Part shown: positions 10,274 through 18,427 of the stretch, piece by piece | Layout: each line of letters begins with the position of its first letter | How positions within the stretch are numbered: the first letter of the stretch is position 1 | Assembly (NCBI GenBank): GCA_034189535.1 | Contig: JAXHUQ010000001.1 | Location: 67 to 64,066, forward strand | Direction of reading: 5' to 3' | DNA length: 64,000 bases | Source of the DNA: Halobacteriota archaeon | Lineage (GTDB): Archaea; Halobacteriota; Syntropharchaeia; DAOWMC01 | Made by a program: the position numbers and the translations under genes | Notes under the pieces: generated by a model | What the model was told of the DNA's origin: nothing | The model's database searches: none | Seen by the model: only the letters and a program-made list of their open reading frames with translations

Positions 10274-10786
10274 ATGAAATTCGTAATAAATATTGAGCGA
10301 TGTATCGATTGCGGTGGTTGCTGGGTTGCATGTAAACAGGCAAATGATGTCGATGAGGAGATCCAAAGAATCAGAATAGTGACAGTAGATGAAGGTGTTG
10401 CCGGGGAGAAGAGTATACCTGTCCCTTGTATGCACTGTAGTCAGCCTGCCTGCATGAATGTATGTCCGGGAGAAGCGATAAGCAAGAGATCCGACGGAAT
10501 CGTTCTTGTAGATCAGAGCAAATGCATCGGATGCAGGTACTGTAATATGGTGTGTCCATTCGGATCTCCACAGTTCAAAGAGTCCGGAAGTAAGATGAAC
10601 AAATGCACATACTGTGTTGAGAGGATAGACGCGGGACTCAGACCTGCGTGTGGTATCTTCTGTTCGACAAAGGCACTGTACGTTGGAAAATCTGAGTCTG
10701 ATATTGATTCTCACGCAACAAAGATCGGTGCTAGAAAGCTTGTCGAGATAACCGACCCGGATGTGTACATAAAAGGGAACATTTGA
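10274..10786 (+). CDS. fdhB: Formate dehydrogenase beta / DmsB-like 4Fe-4S subunit
   Basis: Four Cys clusters: CIDCGGCWVAC, CMHCSQPACMNVCP, CIGCRYCNMVCP, CTYC...C...C. Confidence 0.85.
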   Translation: MKFVINIERCIDCGGCWVACKQANDVDEEIQRIRIVTVDEGVAGEKSIPVPCMHCSQPACMNVCPGEAISKRSDGIVLVDQSKCIGCRYCNMVCPFGSPQFKESGSKMNKCTYCVERIDAGLRPACGIFCSTKALYVGKSESDIDSHATKIGARKLVEITDPDVYIKGNI

Positions 10787-10787
10787 G

Positions 10788-11315
10788 GTGAAAGAGATGA
10801 ATAGAAAACAAACAATAGCCTTCATGGCATCGATGATTGCACTTTTGGCTATAGGGTTTGCCAGTTCTGTCTCCGCTGAGACCTTCGGAGAGCACCATGC
10901 ATCAATAGGGCCTTCAATACCAGCCGATCCGACGAACGAAGATTGTCTTAAATGTCATTCGTCGATGCTCAAGGAGGGAGATACTGAAGGAGTAAAAGCA
11001 TTCCACATAAAACATGTGGAGACTCTGAGTATGAGTTGCATTCAGTGTCACAAAGTAGATGAAGAGTTACCAACTCTCAAACGGCTTGTTTCAGAGGACA
11101 CTTGTGTGCCCTGCCACGAAGAAGGCAGCATGGGTCGTGAGATCTTTACATCAGCAGATGACGATATGCAAACGACAACTGACGATAAGGAAACGACTAC
11201 TTCAGACACTACAACAGTTGGAGACGATGACGAAGAAACTCCGGGATTTGAGGTGATCTTCGCTGTGACAGGACTTCTTGCAGTCGCGTATCTTGTACTT
11301 AGAAGAAACAAGTGA
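10788..11315 (+). CDS. Secreted tri-haem cytochrome c with PGF-CTERM anchor
   Basis: Signal peptide; CLKCH, CIQCH, CVPCH; Thr/Asp-rich linker; TPGF + TM helix + RRNK. Confidence 0.88.
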   Translation: MKEMNRKQTIAFMASMIALLAIGFASSVSAETFGEHHASIGPSIPADPTNEDCLKCHSSMLKEGDTEGVKAFHIKHVETLSMSCIQCHKVDEELPTLKRLVSEDTCVPCHEEGSMGREIFTSADDDMQTTTDDKETTTSDTTTVGDDDEETPGFEVIFAVTGLLAVAYLVLRRNK

Positions 11316-11316
11316 A

Positions 11317-11344
11317 GGGGAAAACTACTTCCCCGTAATTTTTA
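11317..11344 (+). terminator. Hairpin plus T-tract after the fdh operon
   Basis: GGGGAA-AACTAC-TTCCCC followed by GTAATTTTT. Confidence 0.5.
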
Positions 11345-11438
11345 GTCGCTTTAATTCCCCTTAAACAGATTGACGAGAGGCCGTTTTTATTGGGGGATCT
11401 GGGGAAAGATATATAACATATTTTAACCAAATTAATAA

Positions 11439-11741
11439 TGAGAGAGGAAGGGCGACTGCCGGTAGCAATCTTACATAGATTGTGGCTGAGGAAAGTCCCC
11501 CCACCATCTGGACACACGAACACCGATTGGTGTAGGGCGAGAGTCTTGGCTCTGGCACAGAAACGATACCACCGCATATATATGCAATGATACAGAAATG
11601 TTGAGGTCTTATGTTGGTGGGTGGAACGGCGAAACCTCGTGGGTGCAAGCGAAAAGGGCAGATAAGGCGTCCAGACGATGCTCTTTAAAATATGCGCTAA
11701 GATGAATGTCGCCTCGAACAGAAGGGGGCTTACTCTCCTCA
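11439..11741 (+). ncRNA. rnpB: Archaeal RNase P RNA (type A)
   Basis: GAGGAAAGTCC, ACAGAAACG, GGGTGCAAG, AACAGAAGGGGGCTTA; terminal P1 pairing; TCTGGAC/GTCCAGA P6 pairing; P8 and P9 hairpins present. Confidence 0.95.
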
Positions 11742-11878
11742 CTCGGGTATTTGAGAGGGGATAGATATCGATTTAAGGAAGAGGGAATATTAATATAGGT
11801 AGTGCTAGTTAATAATAGGTGGTATCAATATCAGCTTTTATCTGATGGCATCACTTAATAACGTGGGAGAAACATGAT

Positions 11879-12589
11879 ATGGTCGAATATAAACTCGGCA
11901 TAAGCGGATTGGATGATGTGATAGGGGATGTGAGGGGCGGATCCAATATCATGCTGATGGGACCTCCAATGAGTAAAAAAGAGGTTATTATCAATAACAT
12001 CGCTTATCAGGGCCTTAAGACAGGGGAATCCTCTATATTTATTTCTACAGGAGAATCCGGCGAGAGTATAATTCGTTGGTTCAAAGATAACGGAAAAGAT
12101 ATCAATGGTTATATCGACAGGCTTGGTGTTATCGATTGCGTATCAAAGACTCTCGGGCTCAACGTCGAGGATACCGAATCTATAAAGAGGATATCTTCGC
12201 CGGTAAATCTGACCGGTATCAGTGTAAGTATTACTAACTTTTTTGAAGAATTCTGGATGAAGAAAGGAATCCAGAAATCAAGGCTTTGTGTGGATTCTCT
12301 CTCAACGATACTTATGTACTCAAATCTGCAGACTGTCTTCAGATTTCTCCATGTCCATACCAGGAGGATCAAGACTGCAGGAGCTCTTGGGGTATATATC
12401 ATCGAGAGTGGTATGCATGATGAACAGACAATAACCACTCTAAAACAACTTTTTGACGGAATCATCGAGATAGAAGAAGAGAACGAATCGTACTTTATCA
12501 GGGGTGTTGGGTTGACAAAAAAACCAACAAAGTGGTTTGAGTACGAGGCAGACGGTGCAGAGATGATCGTTAAACATAAGGAGAGGTGA
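11879..12589 (+). CDS. KaiC/RAD55-like RecA-fold protein with degenerate Walker A
   Basis: LGISGLDDVIG, GPPMSKKE at the Walker A position, CVDSLS, LFDGIIE. Confidence 0.85.
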   Translation: MVEYKLGISGLDDVIGDVRGGSNIMLMGPPMSKKEVIINNIAYQGLKTGESSIFISTGESGESIIRWFKDNGKDINGYIDRLGVIDCVSKTLGLNVEDTESIKRISSPVNLTGISVSITNFFEEFWMKKGIQKSRLCVDSLSTILMYSNLQTVFRFLHVHTRRIKTAGALGVYIIESGMHDEQTITTLKQLFDGIIEIEEENESYFIRGVGLTKKPTKWFEYEADGAEMIVKHKER

Positions 12590-13767
12590 GGATGATTGAG
12601 ATCGGAATCCCTAAAATAGATGATTATCTAAAAGGTGGGTTACCAATCGGAAAATCACTCCTGTATTATATTCATCCGGGTGTGGAAGGGGACATATTCG
12701 GCATGCAGACTCTTTACACCAACCTTAGGAAGGGGCATAAAGGGATATGTATAACTACGACAGCCAGTCCTGAGACTTTACGGGAGAGGTTCAGAGAGTA
12801 TGACTTTGACCTTGAGAAGTACGAAGAAAATTTTGAGATTATCGACGCGTACTCGGCTTTGATCGGTGCAAACTCGTCTGAAAAATATGTTGTTGACAAC
12901 CCGGAGGATATTAAAAACATCGATAAAGTGATAAGAGAAGCAATTGAGGATTCTTCTGGAGGGCTTATTATCCATGGATCTCTCTCGAATATTATGGATA
13001 TGTGCGGTGAAGAGGAGACGCTTGAGTATATAGAAGGCTGGAACAAGAGTATGCTATTATATGACGGCGTCGGGATATACAATTTTACAGCCTGGCCCTA
13101 CTCAGATGAGACCATTAAGAAGGTGAGGGATGAGTTCTTCAATGCCGTTGTTAAGATAGGCGGGGTTGCTGAGAAGGTGATATTCGGGCAATACTATTCT
13201 GTCTCCAAGTCCGACTGGACGGATGGTAATCAGAGCCATTCAATTCTATTCAAGATAATTAAGCCGGGAGGTGTAAGGGCTTACCTTCCGAAGATTCTCG
13301 TCACAGGTCCTTTCAATGCAGGAAAATCGACATTTATACATTCGCTTTCGACAAGATCCGTATCTGTTGACAGATTCGGGACGACTGTTGCTCTGGATCA
13401 CGGTCATGTGGACCATAACGGTTTCTCGGCAGATATCTTCGGAACTCCGGGTCAGGAGAGGTTCGACCCGATCCTTAAGACGCTTGGTGGTGAGGCAATG
13501 GGTGTTTTTCTTGTGATAGATTCGACCAAACCTGATGAGTGTGAAAGAGCCAGACAGATGCTTGACATTACTAAGACATTTGGGCTACCATCTGTTGTAG
13601 TTGCAAACAAGCAGGACATTCCAGGTGCATCAAGTGTTGATGATTTAAAGAGTGAGATGGCCATCTTGGATGAACAGATACCTATAGTACCAGTCGTTGC
13701 AAAGGATGGTAAGGGTGTTATTGAAGCGTTTGAAATGCTTATAGATCGGATTATGGTGAGGCTATGA
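12586..13767 (+). CDS. Fusion of inactive KaiC/RAD55-like domain and MglA-like small GTPase (copy 1)
   Basis: GIPKIDDYLKGGLP, eroded P-loop IHPGVEGD; C-terminal GPFNAGKST, TTVALDHG, GTPGQERF, NKQD. Confidence 0.88.
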   Translation: MRMIEIGIPKIDDYLKGGLPIGKSLLYYIHPGVEGDIFGMQTLYTNLRKGHKGICITTTASPETLRERFREYDFDLEKYEENFEIIDAYSALIGANSSEKYVVDNPEDIKNIDKVIREAIEDSSGGLIIHGSLSNIMDMCGEEETLEYIEGWNKSMLLYDGVGIYNFTAWPYSDETIKKVRDEFFNAVVKIGGVAEKVIFGQYYSVSKSDWTDGNQSHSILFKIIKPGGVRAYLPKILVTGPFNAGKSTFIHSLSTRSVSVDRFGTTVALDHGHVDHNGFSADIFGTPGQERFDPILKTLGGEAMGVFLVIDSTKPDECERARQMLDITKTFGLPSVVVANKQDIPGASSVDDLKSEMAILDEQIPIVPVVAKDGKGVIEAFEMLIDRIMVRL

Positions 13768-14129
13768 GTACGGTAAAAGATATGCTTGATAAGCTTTTGG
13801 ATGACCTCAAGAGGGTTGGAAATATCGAAGCTTCGGCAGTGGTCTCGCGTGATGGCCTTCTCATGGCATCGGATATCCCCGATGGTGTCCATGCCGAGAC
13901 ATTTGCTGCAATGAATGCGACGATGATGGGTGCTGCAGAGACGGCCATATCGGAACTTAATAAAGGAATCCCTGACAGGGTCATAATCGAATCAAAAGAA
14001 GCTAAAGTAATAGTCACTGGCGCCGGTCAGAAGGCACTTTTAGTTGTCATGTCGAGGCCCGAGGCCGGACTAGGATTGGTTCTCGTAGAGATGGAGAAGG
14101 TAACAGAGAAAATTAAAGGGTTGCTGTAA
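13764..14129 (+). CDS. Roadblock/LC7 (MglB-like) protein 1
   Basis: ASAVVSRDGLLMAS, FAAMNATMMGAAE, LGLVLVEM. Confidence 0.9.
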   Translation: MSTVKDMLDKLLDDLKRVGNIEASAVVSRDGLLMASDIPDGVHAETFAAMNATMMGAAETAISELNKGIPDRVIIESKEAKVIVTGAGQKALLVVMSRPEAGLGLVLVEMEKVTEKIKGLL

Positions 14130-14220
14130 AAGTTGGTCTTGATATTAAAAAATTAAAACTTGCCGAAAAAATCATGAGTAAAGAGATGCATAAACAATAT
14201 GGATATTCAAGTGTGATAGT

Positions 14221-14787
14221 GTGAAGGATAAAGTTTATTCTCAATTCTGGTACGAATCAGAAAAAGGTGCTGTGATAAGTAATACTATTAAAGGCAGATA
14301 CGTCATAACCCCACATAGCTTCCTACATATAGTTACGGAAGAGTACAAGAAAGTTGCAGGAAAGGGGGCAGCTGTAATACTTTATGCAATGGGTTTTGAG
14401 GATGGAATCAAGATAGGTCAGGCTATGTCAGATCAATTCGAGATCCATAACATAAAAAAATATAAAAAGGCAATCTCAGCATTTTCCGGGGTGGCGCAAG
14501 GTGCTGTAAATTTCTTTTTGGATTATTTTAAATGGGCAACCGTACTTGATCTTGATATGGATCTGGAAAATATGCGTGTCGTGATAAAGCTATCAGACCA
14601 TGTATTCACGAGATACCAAGAAGGAAAAGAAGAGTCCTACTGCGATTGGATACGTGGATGGATCGCGGGTTTGTTTACAGTCCTTCTTGATGAAGGCATG
14701 GCCTGTCAAGAGACCAAGTGTAAGACACTTGGTGATGAATATTGTGAATTTACTATTGGTAGAAAGGAGGAGATTCTACTTGGCTAA
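14221..14787 (+). CDS. V4R domain protein 1
   Basis: YCDWIRGWIAG...CQETKCKTLGDEYCEF. Confidence 0.85.
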   Translation: MKDKVYSQFWYESEKGAVISNTIKGRYVITPHSFLHIVTEEYKKVAGKGAAVILYAMGFEDGIKIGQAMSDQFEIHNIKKYKKAISAFSGVAQGAVNFFLDYFKWATVLDLDMDLENMRVVIKLSDHVFTRYQEGKEESYCDWIRGWIAGLFTVLLDEGMACQETKCKTLGDEYCEFTIGRKEEILLG

Positions 14788-15262
14788 GACTGACCTCAAC
14801 AAAAATATCTTTGACGTCTACGGTGAGTACGCCATATATCACCCAGACCTTATTATAGTGAATCGTAAGGTCTCAAGTAGTATCATTGGCTCCATTTCAA
14901 AGACAGTCGATTATAATATTGGAAAGAGGATAGGAAAGATAGTTGCAGAAGAATGCAAAAAACTTTTCAAGAACAATCCACTGGATGCCTCTTTTGAGAT
15001 TATTGAATACAGCGGATGGGGGCAGATAAAGATCGACAGGAGTGAGAATGTTGTGAAGGTGCGTAACTCACTCGTCTCAAGGTACTATCTAAAACATGAA
15101 GGTGCTTCAAATGATACGATTGATGACATTATGAGTGGAATAATTTCCGCTATATTCGAAGAGATCGAGGGGAAGGAGTGCAAAGTTACCGAAACCAAGT
15201 GTATAGCGAAAGGCGATGAATACTGTGAATTTACGTTAAGTTTTGGTAATTTAAACGAATAA
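14780..15262 (+). CDS. V4R domain protein 2
   Basis: TTG start after AGGAGG, overlapping the previous stop; SGWG, ETKCIAKGDEYCEF; first Cys replaced by Asp. Confidence 0.8.
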   Translation: MAKTDLNKNIFDVYGEYAIYHPDLIIVNRKVSSSIIGSISKTVDYNIGKRIGKIVAEECKKLFKNNPLDASFEIIEYSGWGQIKIDRSENVVKVRNSLVSRYYLKHEGASNDTIDDIMSGIISAIFEEIEGKECKVTETKCIAKGDEYCEFTLSFGNLNE

Positions 15263-15339
15263 AATAGCAAAGTTTATATTATGTGTGTCCTTTGAATTGG
15301 ATACATCGAGAAATAGTATGCGGGGTCGCATGGGTTAAA

Positions 15340-15705
15340 ATGACAACGACAAAAGAGATGCTTGAAAAACTTTTGGATGACCTCAAGAGGGTTGGAAATA
15401 TCGAAGCTTCGGCAGTGGTCTCGCGTGATGGCCTCCTTATGACATCAGATATACCCGGTGGCGTCCATGCCGAGACATTTGCTGCAATGAATGCGACGAT
15501 GATGGGTGCTGCAGAGACGGCCATATCGGAACTTAATAAAGGAATCCCTGACAGGGTCATAATCGAATCAAAAGAAGCGAAAGTTATTGTTACAGGCGCA
15601 GGTCCAAAAGCACTTTTGGTTGTCATGGCGAGGGCAGAGGCCGGACTAGGTCTTATTCTGGTCGAGATGGAGAAGGTAACAGGGAAGATCAAAGAACTGC
15701 TCTAA
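15340..15705 (+). CDS. Roadblock/LC7 (MglB-like) protein 2
   Basis: Near-identical to 13764-14129; start at MTTTKEML. Confidence 0.9.
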   Translation: MTTTKEMLEKLLDDLKRVGNIEASAVVSRDGLLMTSDIPGGVHAETFAAMNATMMGAAETAISELNKGIPDRVIIESKEAKVIVTGAGPKALLVVMARAEAGLGLILVEMEKVTGKIKELL

Positions 15706-15854
15706 AGGTGTTGATCAGCTTTCTTTTTTGTACCACAAATTTATATATAAATAGTTCCATATAGCTACAAGGACTTTAGTTATCCTGTTGAGGGGATATA
15801 CCGAGCCATATATATGATTGTCGTATTGATCAGATATATCTGCAAGGTGAAATA

Positions 15855-16223
15855 ATGCCAACTATTATTGAGATGTTGGAAAAGATCTTGATGGATCTTA
15901 AGATGACAGGGGAGGTGAGCGGTTGTGCTATCGTCTCACGAGACGGGCTGTTGATGGCCTCAGATATTCCAAAAGAGGTGGATGGTGGTACATTCGCTGC
16001 TATGAGTGCAACCATGCTTGGTACAGCAGAGACCGCTGCTTCCGAGCTCGTTGAAGGAGTACCTGATAAAGTCATCGTTGAATCCCCCAATGGTAAGATA
16101 ATCATCTCCGGTGCTGGCTCCAGTGCTCTTATTGTCTGTACAACACCATCTGAAGCGAAGCTAGGTTTGGTGCTTGTTGAGATGGCACGTACTTCGGAAA
16201 AGGTCAAAAAAGTGTTGTTATAG
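15855..16223 (+). CDS. Roadblock/LC7 (MglB-like) protein 3, divergent paralog
   Basis: CAIVSRDGLLMASD, FAAMSATMLGTAE. Confidence 0.9.
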   Translation: MPTIIEMLEKILMDLKMTGEVSGCAIVSRDGLLMASDIPKEVDGGTFAAMSATMLGTAETAASELVEGVPDKVIVESPNGKIIISGAGSSALIVCTTPSEAKLGLVLVEMARTSEKVKKVLL

Positions 16224-17402
16224 GTGATGTTGTTGATCGAAACAGGGATAGAGCATCTTGACAGAAGTCTTGGTGGAGGCATACCTAATGGAAATACACT
16301 TCTTTATTACATACAGCCAGGTATCGAAGGAGAAATATTCGGTATACAGACGCTATTTCATAACCTGGAAAAAGGGTACAAAGGAGTCTTTATAACATCT
16401 TCGGCTCACCCTTCTGCAATTAAAGAATACTTTCTTGGCTTTGGATGGGATGTAGACAAGTACGAGGGTAAATTTGCTATGGTTGACGCATACTCTGCAC
16501 TTGTGGGTGCAGATTCCACTGAGAGATACGTGGTCGAGGATCCTGAGAATATTGAGAACATCAATGAGACCATCTCCGAAGCGATGTTGCATTTTCCCGG
16601 TGAGGTGATCGTATGTGGGTCACTCTCAACAATAATGGACCTGTGTGGTGAAATAGAGACGCTGAGATGTATTGAGAACTGGAATAAGATCATCTGCGTA
16701 AACGACAGCGTAGGAATCTACAATTTTACAGCGTGGCCTTACTCACAGGAGACGATTAAAAAGATTAGGGATGAGTACTTCAATGCCACGATAAAAGTTG
16801 GAGGAATAGCCGAGAGGGTCATCTTCGGTCAGTATTACGGGGTGCCAAAGGTGGACTGGACTGACACAATTATAGAATCCGTTTTATTCAGGATATACCG
16901 TCCTGGCGGAGTAAGGGTATATCTACCAAAGATACTGGTGACGGGGCCATTTAACGCTGGGAAATCTTCATTCATCCGCTCGCTTTCATCAAGGTCTGTT
17001 TCTGTTGATAGGTTTGGTACAACAGTGGCATTAGATCACGGTCACGTTGATCATAAAGGTTTCTCCGCCGAGATATTCGGAACGCCCGGTCAAGAGAGGT
17101 TCGACCCGATCCTTAAGACGCTTGGTGGTGAAGCAATGGGTGTTTTTCTTGTGATAGATTCGACAAATCCTTCAGAATTTTCTCGCGCAAAACGTATGCT
17201 CGACATCACCAAGACGTTTGGATTACCATCGGTTATTGTCGCAAACAAACAGGATATGCCCGGTGCATCAAGCATCGAATCTATCAGAACGCAGATGAAA
17301 CTTCCCGAAGACATTCCCATAGCACCAACGGTTTCAAAAGAAGGTGAAGGGGTAAAGGAAGCGTTTGAGATGCTTATTGATCGTATTATGGGAGGATTAT
17401 GA
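16224..17402 (+). CDS. Fusion of inactive KaiC/RAD55-like domain and MglA-like small GTPase (copy 2)
   Basis: TGIEHLDRSLGGGIP, IQPGIEGE; GPFNAGKSS, TTVALDHG, GTPGQERF, NKQD. Confidence 0.88.
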   Translation: MMLLIETGIEHLDRSLGGGIPNGNTLLYYIQPGIEGEIFGIQTLFHNLEKGYKGVFITSSAHPSAIKEYFLGFGWDVDKYEGKFAMVDAYSALVGADSTERYVVEDPENIENINETISEAMLHFPGEVIVCGSLSTIMDLCGEIETLRCIENWNKIICVNDSVGIYNFTAWPYSQETIKKIRDEYFNATIKVGGIAERVIFGQYYGVPKVDWTDTIIESVLFRIYRPGGVRVYLPKILVTGPFNAGKSSFIRSLSSRSVSVDRFGTTVALDHGHVDHKGFSAEIFGTPGQERFDPILKTLGGEAMGVFLVIDSTNPSEFSRAKRMLDITKTFGLPSVIVANKQDMPGASSIESIRTQMKLPEDIPIAPTVSKEGEGVKEAFEMLIDRIMGGL

Positions 17403-17764
17403 GTACAGTAAAAAATATGCTTGATAAACTTTTGGATGACCTCAAGAGGGTTGGAAATATCGAAGCTTCGGCAGTGGTCTCACGTGATGGCCTCCTCATG
17501 GCGTCAGATATTCCTGGTGGTGTCCATGCCGAGACATTTGCCGCAATGAATGCGACGATGATGGGTGCTGCAGAGACGGCCATATCGGAACTTAATAAAG
17601 GAATCCCCGACAGGGTCATAATCGAATCAAAAGAAGCCAAAGTAATAGTCACTGGCGCCGGTCAGAAGGCACTCTTGGTTGCCATGTCGAGGCCCGAGGC
17701 AGGGCTCGGACTAGTTCTTGTTGAGATGGAGAAGATATCGGAAAAATTGGCGGAGGTGCTCTAG
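17399..17764 (+). CDS. Roadblock/LC7 (MglB-like) protein 4
   Basis: Near-identical to 13764-14129; ATGA overlap with the GTPase fusion. Confidence 0.9.
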   Translation: MSTVKNMLDKLLDDLKRVGNIEASAVVSRDGLLMASDIPGGVHAETFAAMNATMMGAAETAISELNKGIPDRVIIESKEAKVIVTGAGQKALLVAMSRPEAGLGLVLVEMEKISEKLAEVL

Positions 17765-18427
17765 ATGGGGGATACGGAAAATTCCATACCATTTTTTGAT
17801 AGGGATGAGGAGTCGAGACACTTCAGGATAGGAGGTGTACCACATGCCCTGATCGATAACGAGACAATTGCAGAATTATATGTACTTCTTATCAGATCAA
17901 TCGGAAAAGAGATGACAAGAAGATTTTTTTACGATTCGGCCAAGAAAGCCGCGTTTAATCTGCAGAAAAGGATGATTGAAACATCTGATGCAATAACTGA
18001 TGATCCGGACAAGATCGTTGAGAGAATATCTATGTTTCCATATTATCTCTCCAGTTATGGATATGGTACTGGTGAGACCATAAAATCAGATGCGAGTTCA
18101 GGTAAGTATGTTTTCAGGATAGAACATTCCTTCATATCAGACGAGTTGAAGACCAGAGGTCTTGAAGATCCTACATGTTCATTCATAGCCGGTATCTTTG
18201 CCGGACTTGCCGAAGCTTGGACTGGAGAGGAGTACTCCTGTAGAGAGCTACATTGCGCCTCGAACGGATCTCCATTCTGTGATTTTGAACTCTTCCCCGG
18301 ATCTCTCACCGACAAGTTCTTCGGAGAGATTGAAAACATAAAAGACGTACTATCAAAACTGGATATTGCGGTGGAATCGATACATGAAACCATGCAGACA
18401 AAAAATGTGAGATCAAAAGTCAAATAA
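17765..18427 (+). CDS. V4R domain protein 3 with C-terminal helical tail
   Basis: YGYG, PTCSFIAGIFAG...CRELHCASNGSPFCDF. Confidence 0.85.
   Translation: MGDTENSIPFFDRDEESRHFRIGGVPHALIDNETIAELYVLLIRSIGKEMTRRFFYDSAKKAAFNLQKRMIETSDAITDDPDKIVERISMFPYYLSSYGYGTGETIKSDASSGKYVFRIEHSFISDELKTRGLEDPTCSFIAGIFAGLAEAWTGEEYSCRELHCASNGSPFCDFELFPGSLTDKFFGEIENIKDVLSKLDIAVESIHETMQTKNVRSKVK

Noticed and set aside
11299..11742. Minus-strand ORFs of 147 and 95 aa
   Set aside because: Antisense to the RNase P RNA; no protein features
14600..14779. N-terminal 60 aa of the 220-aa ORF
   Set aside because: Overlaps V4R-1 out of frame; AGGAGG plus TTG at 14780 is the better start
11879..17402. Circadian KaiABC clock
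   Set aside because: Single KaiC-like domains with degenerate Walker motifs; no KaiA or KaiB
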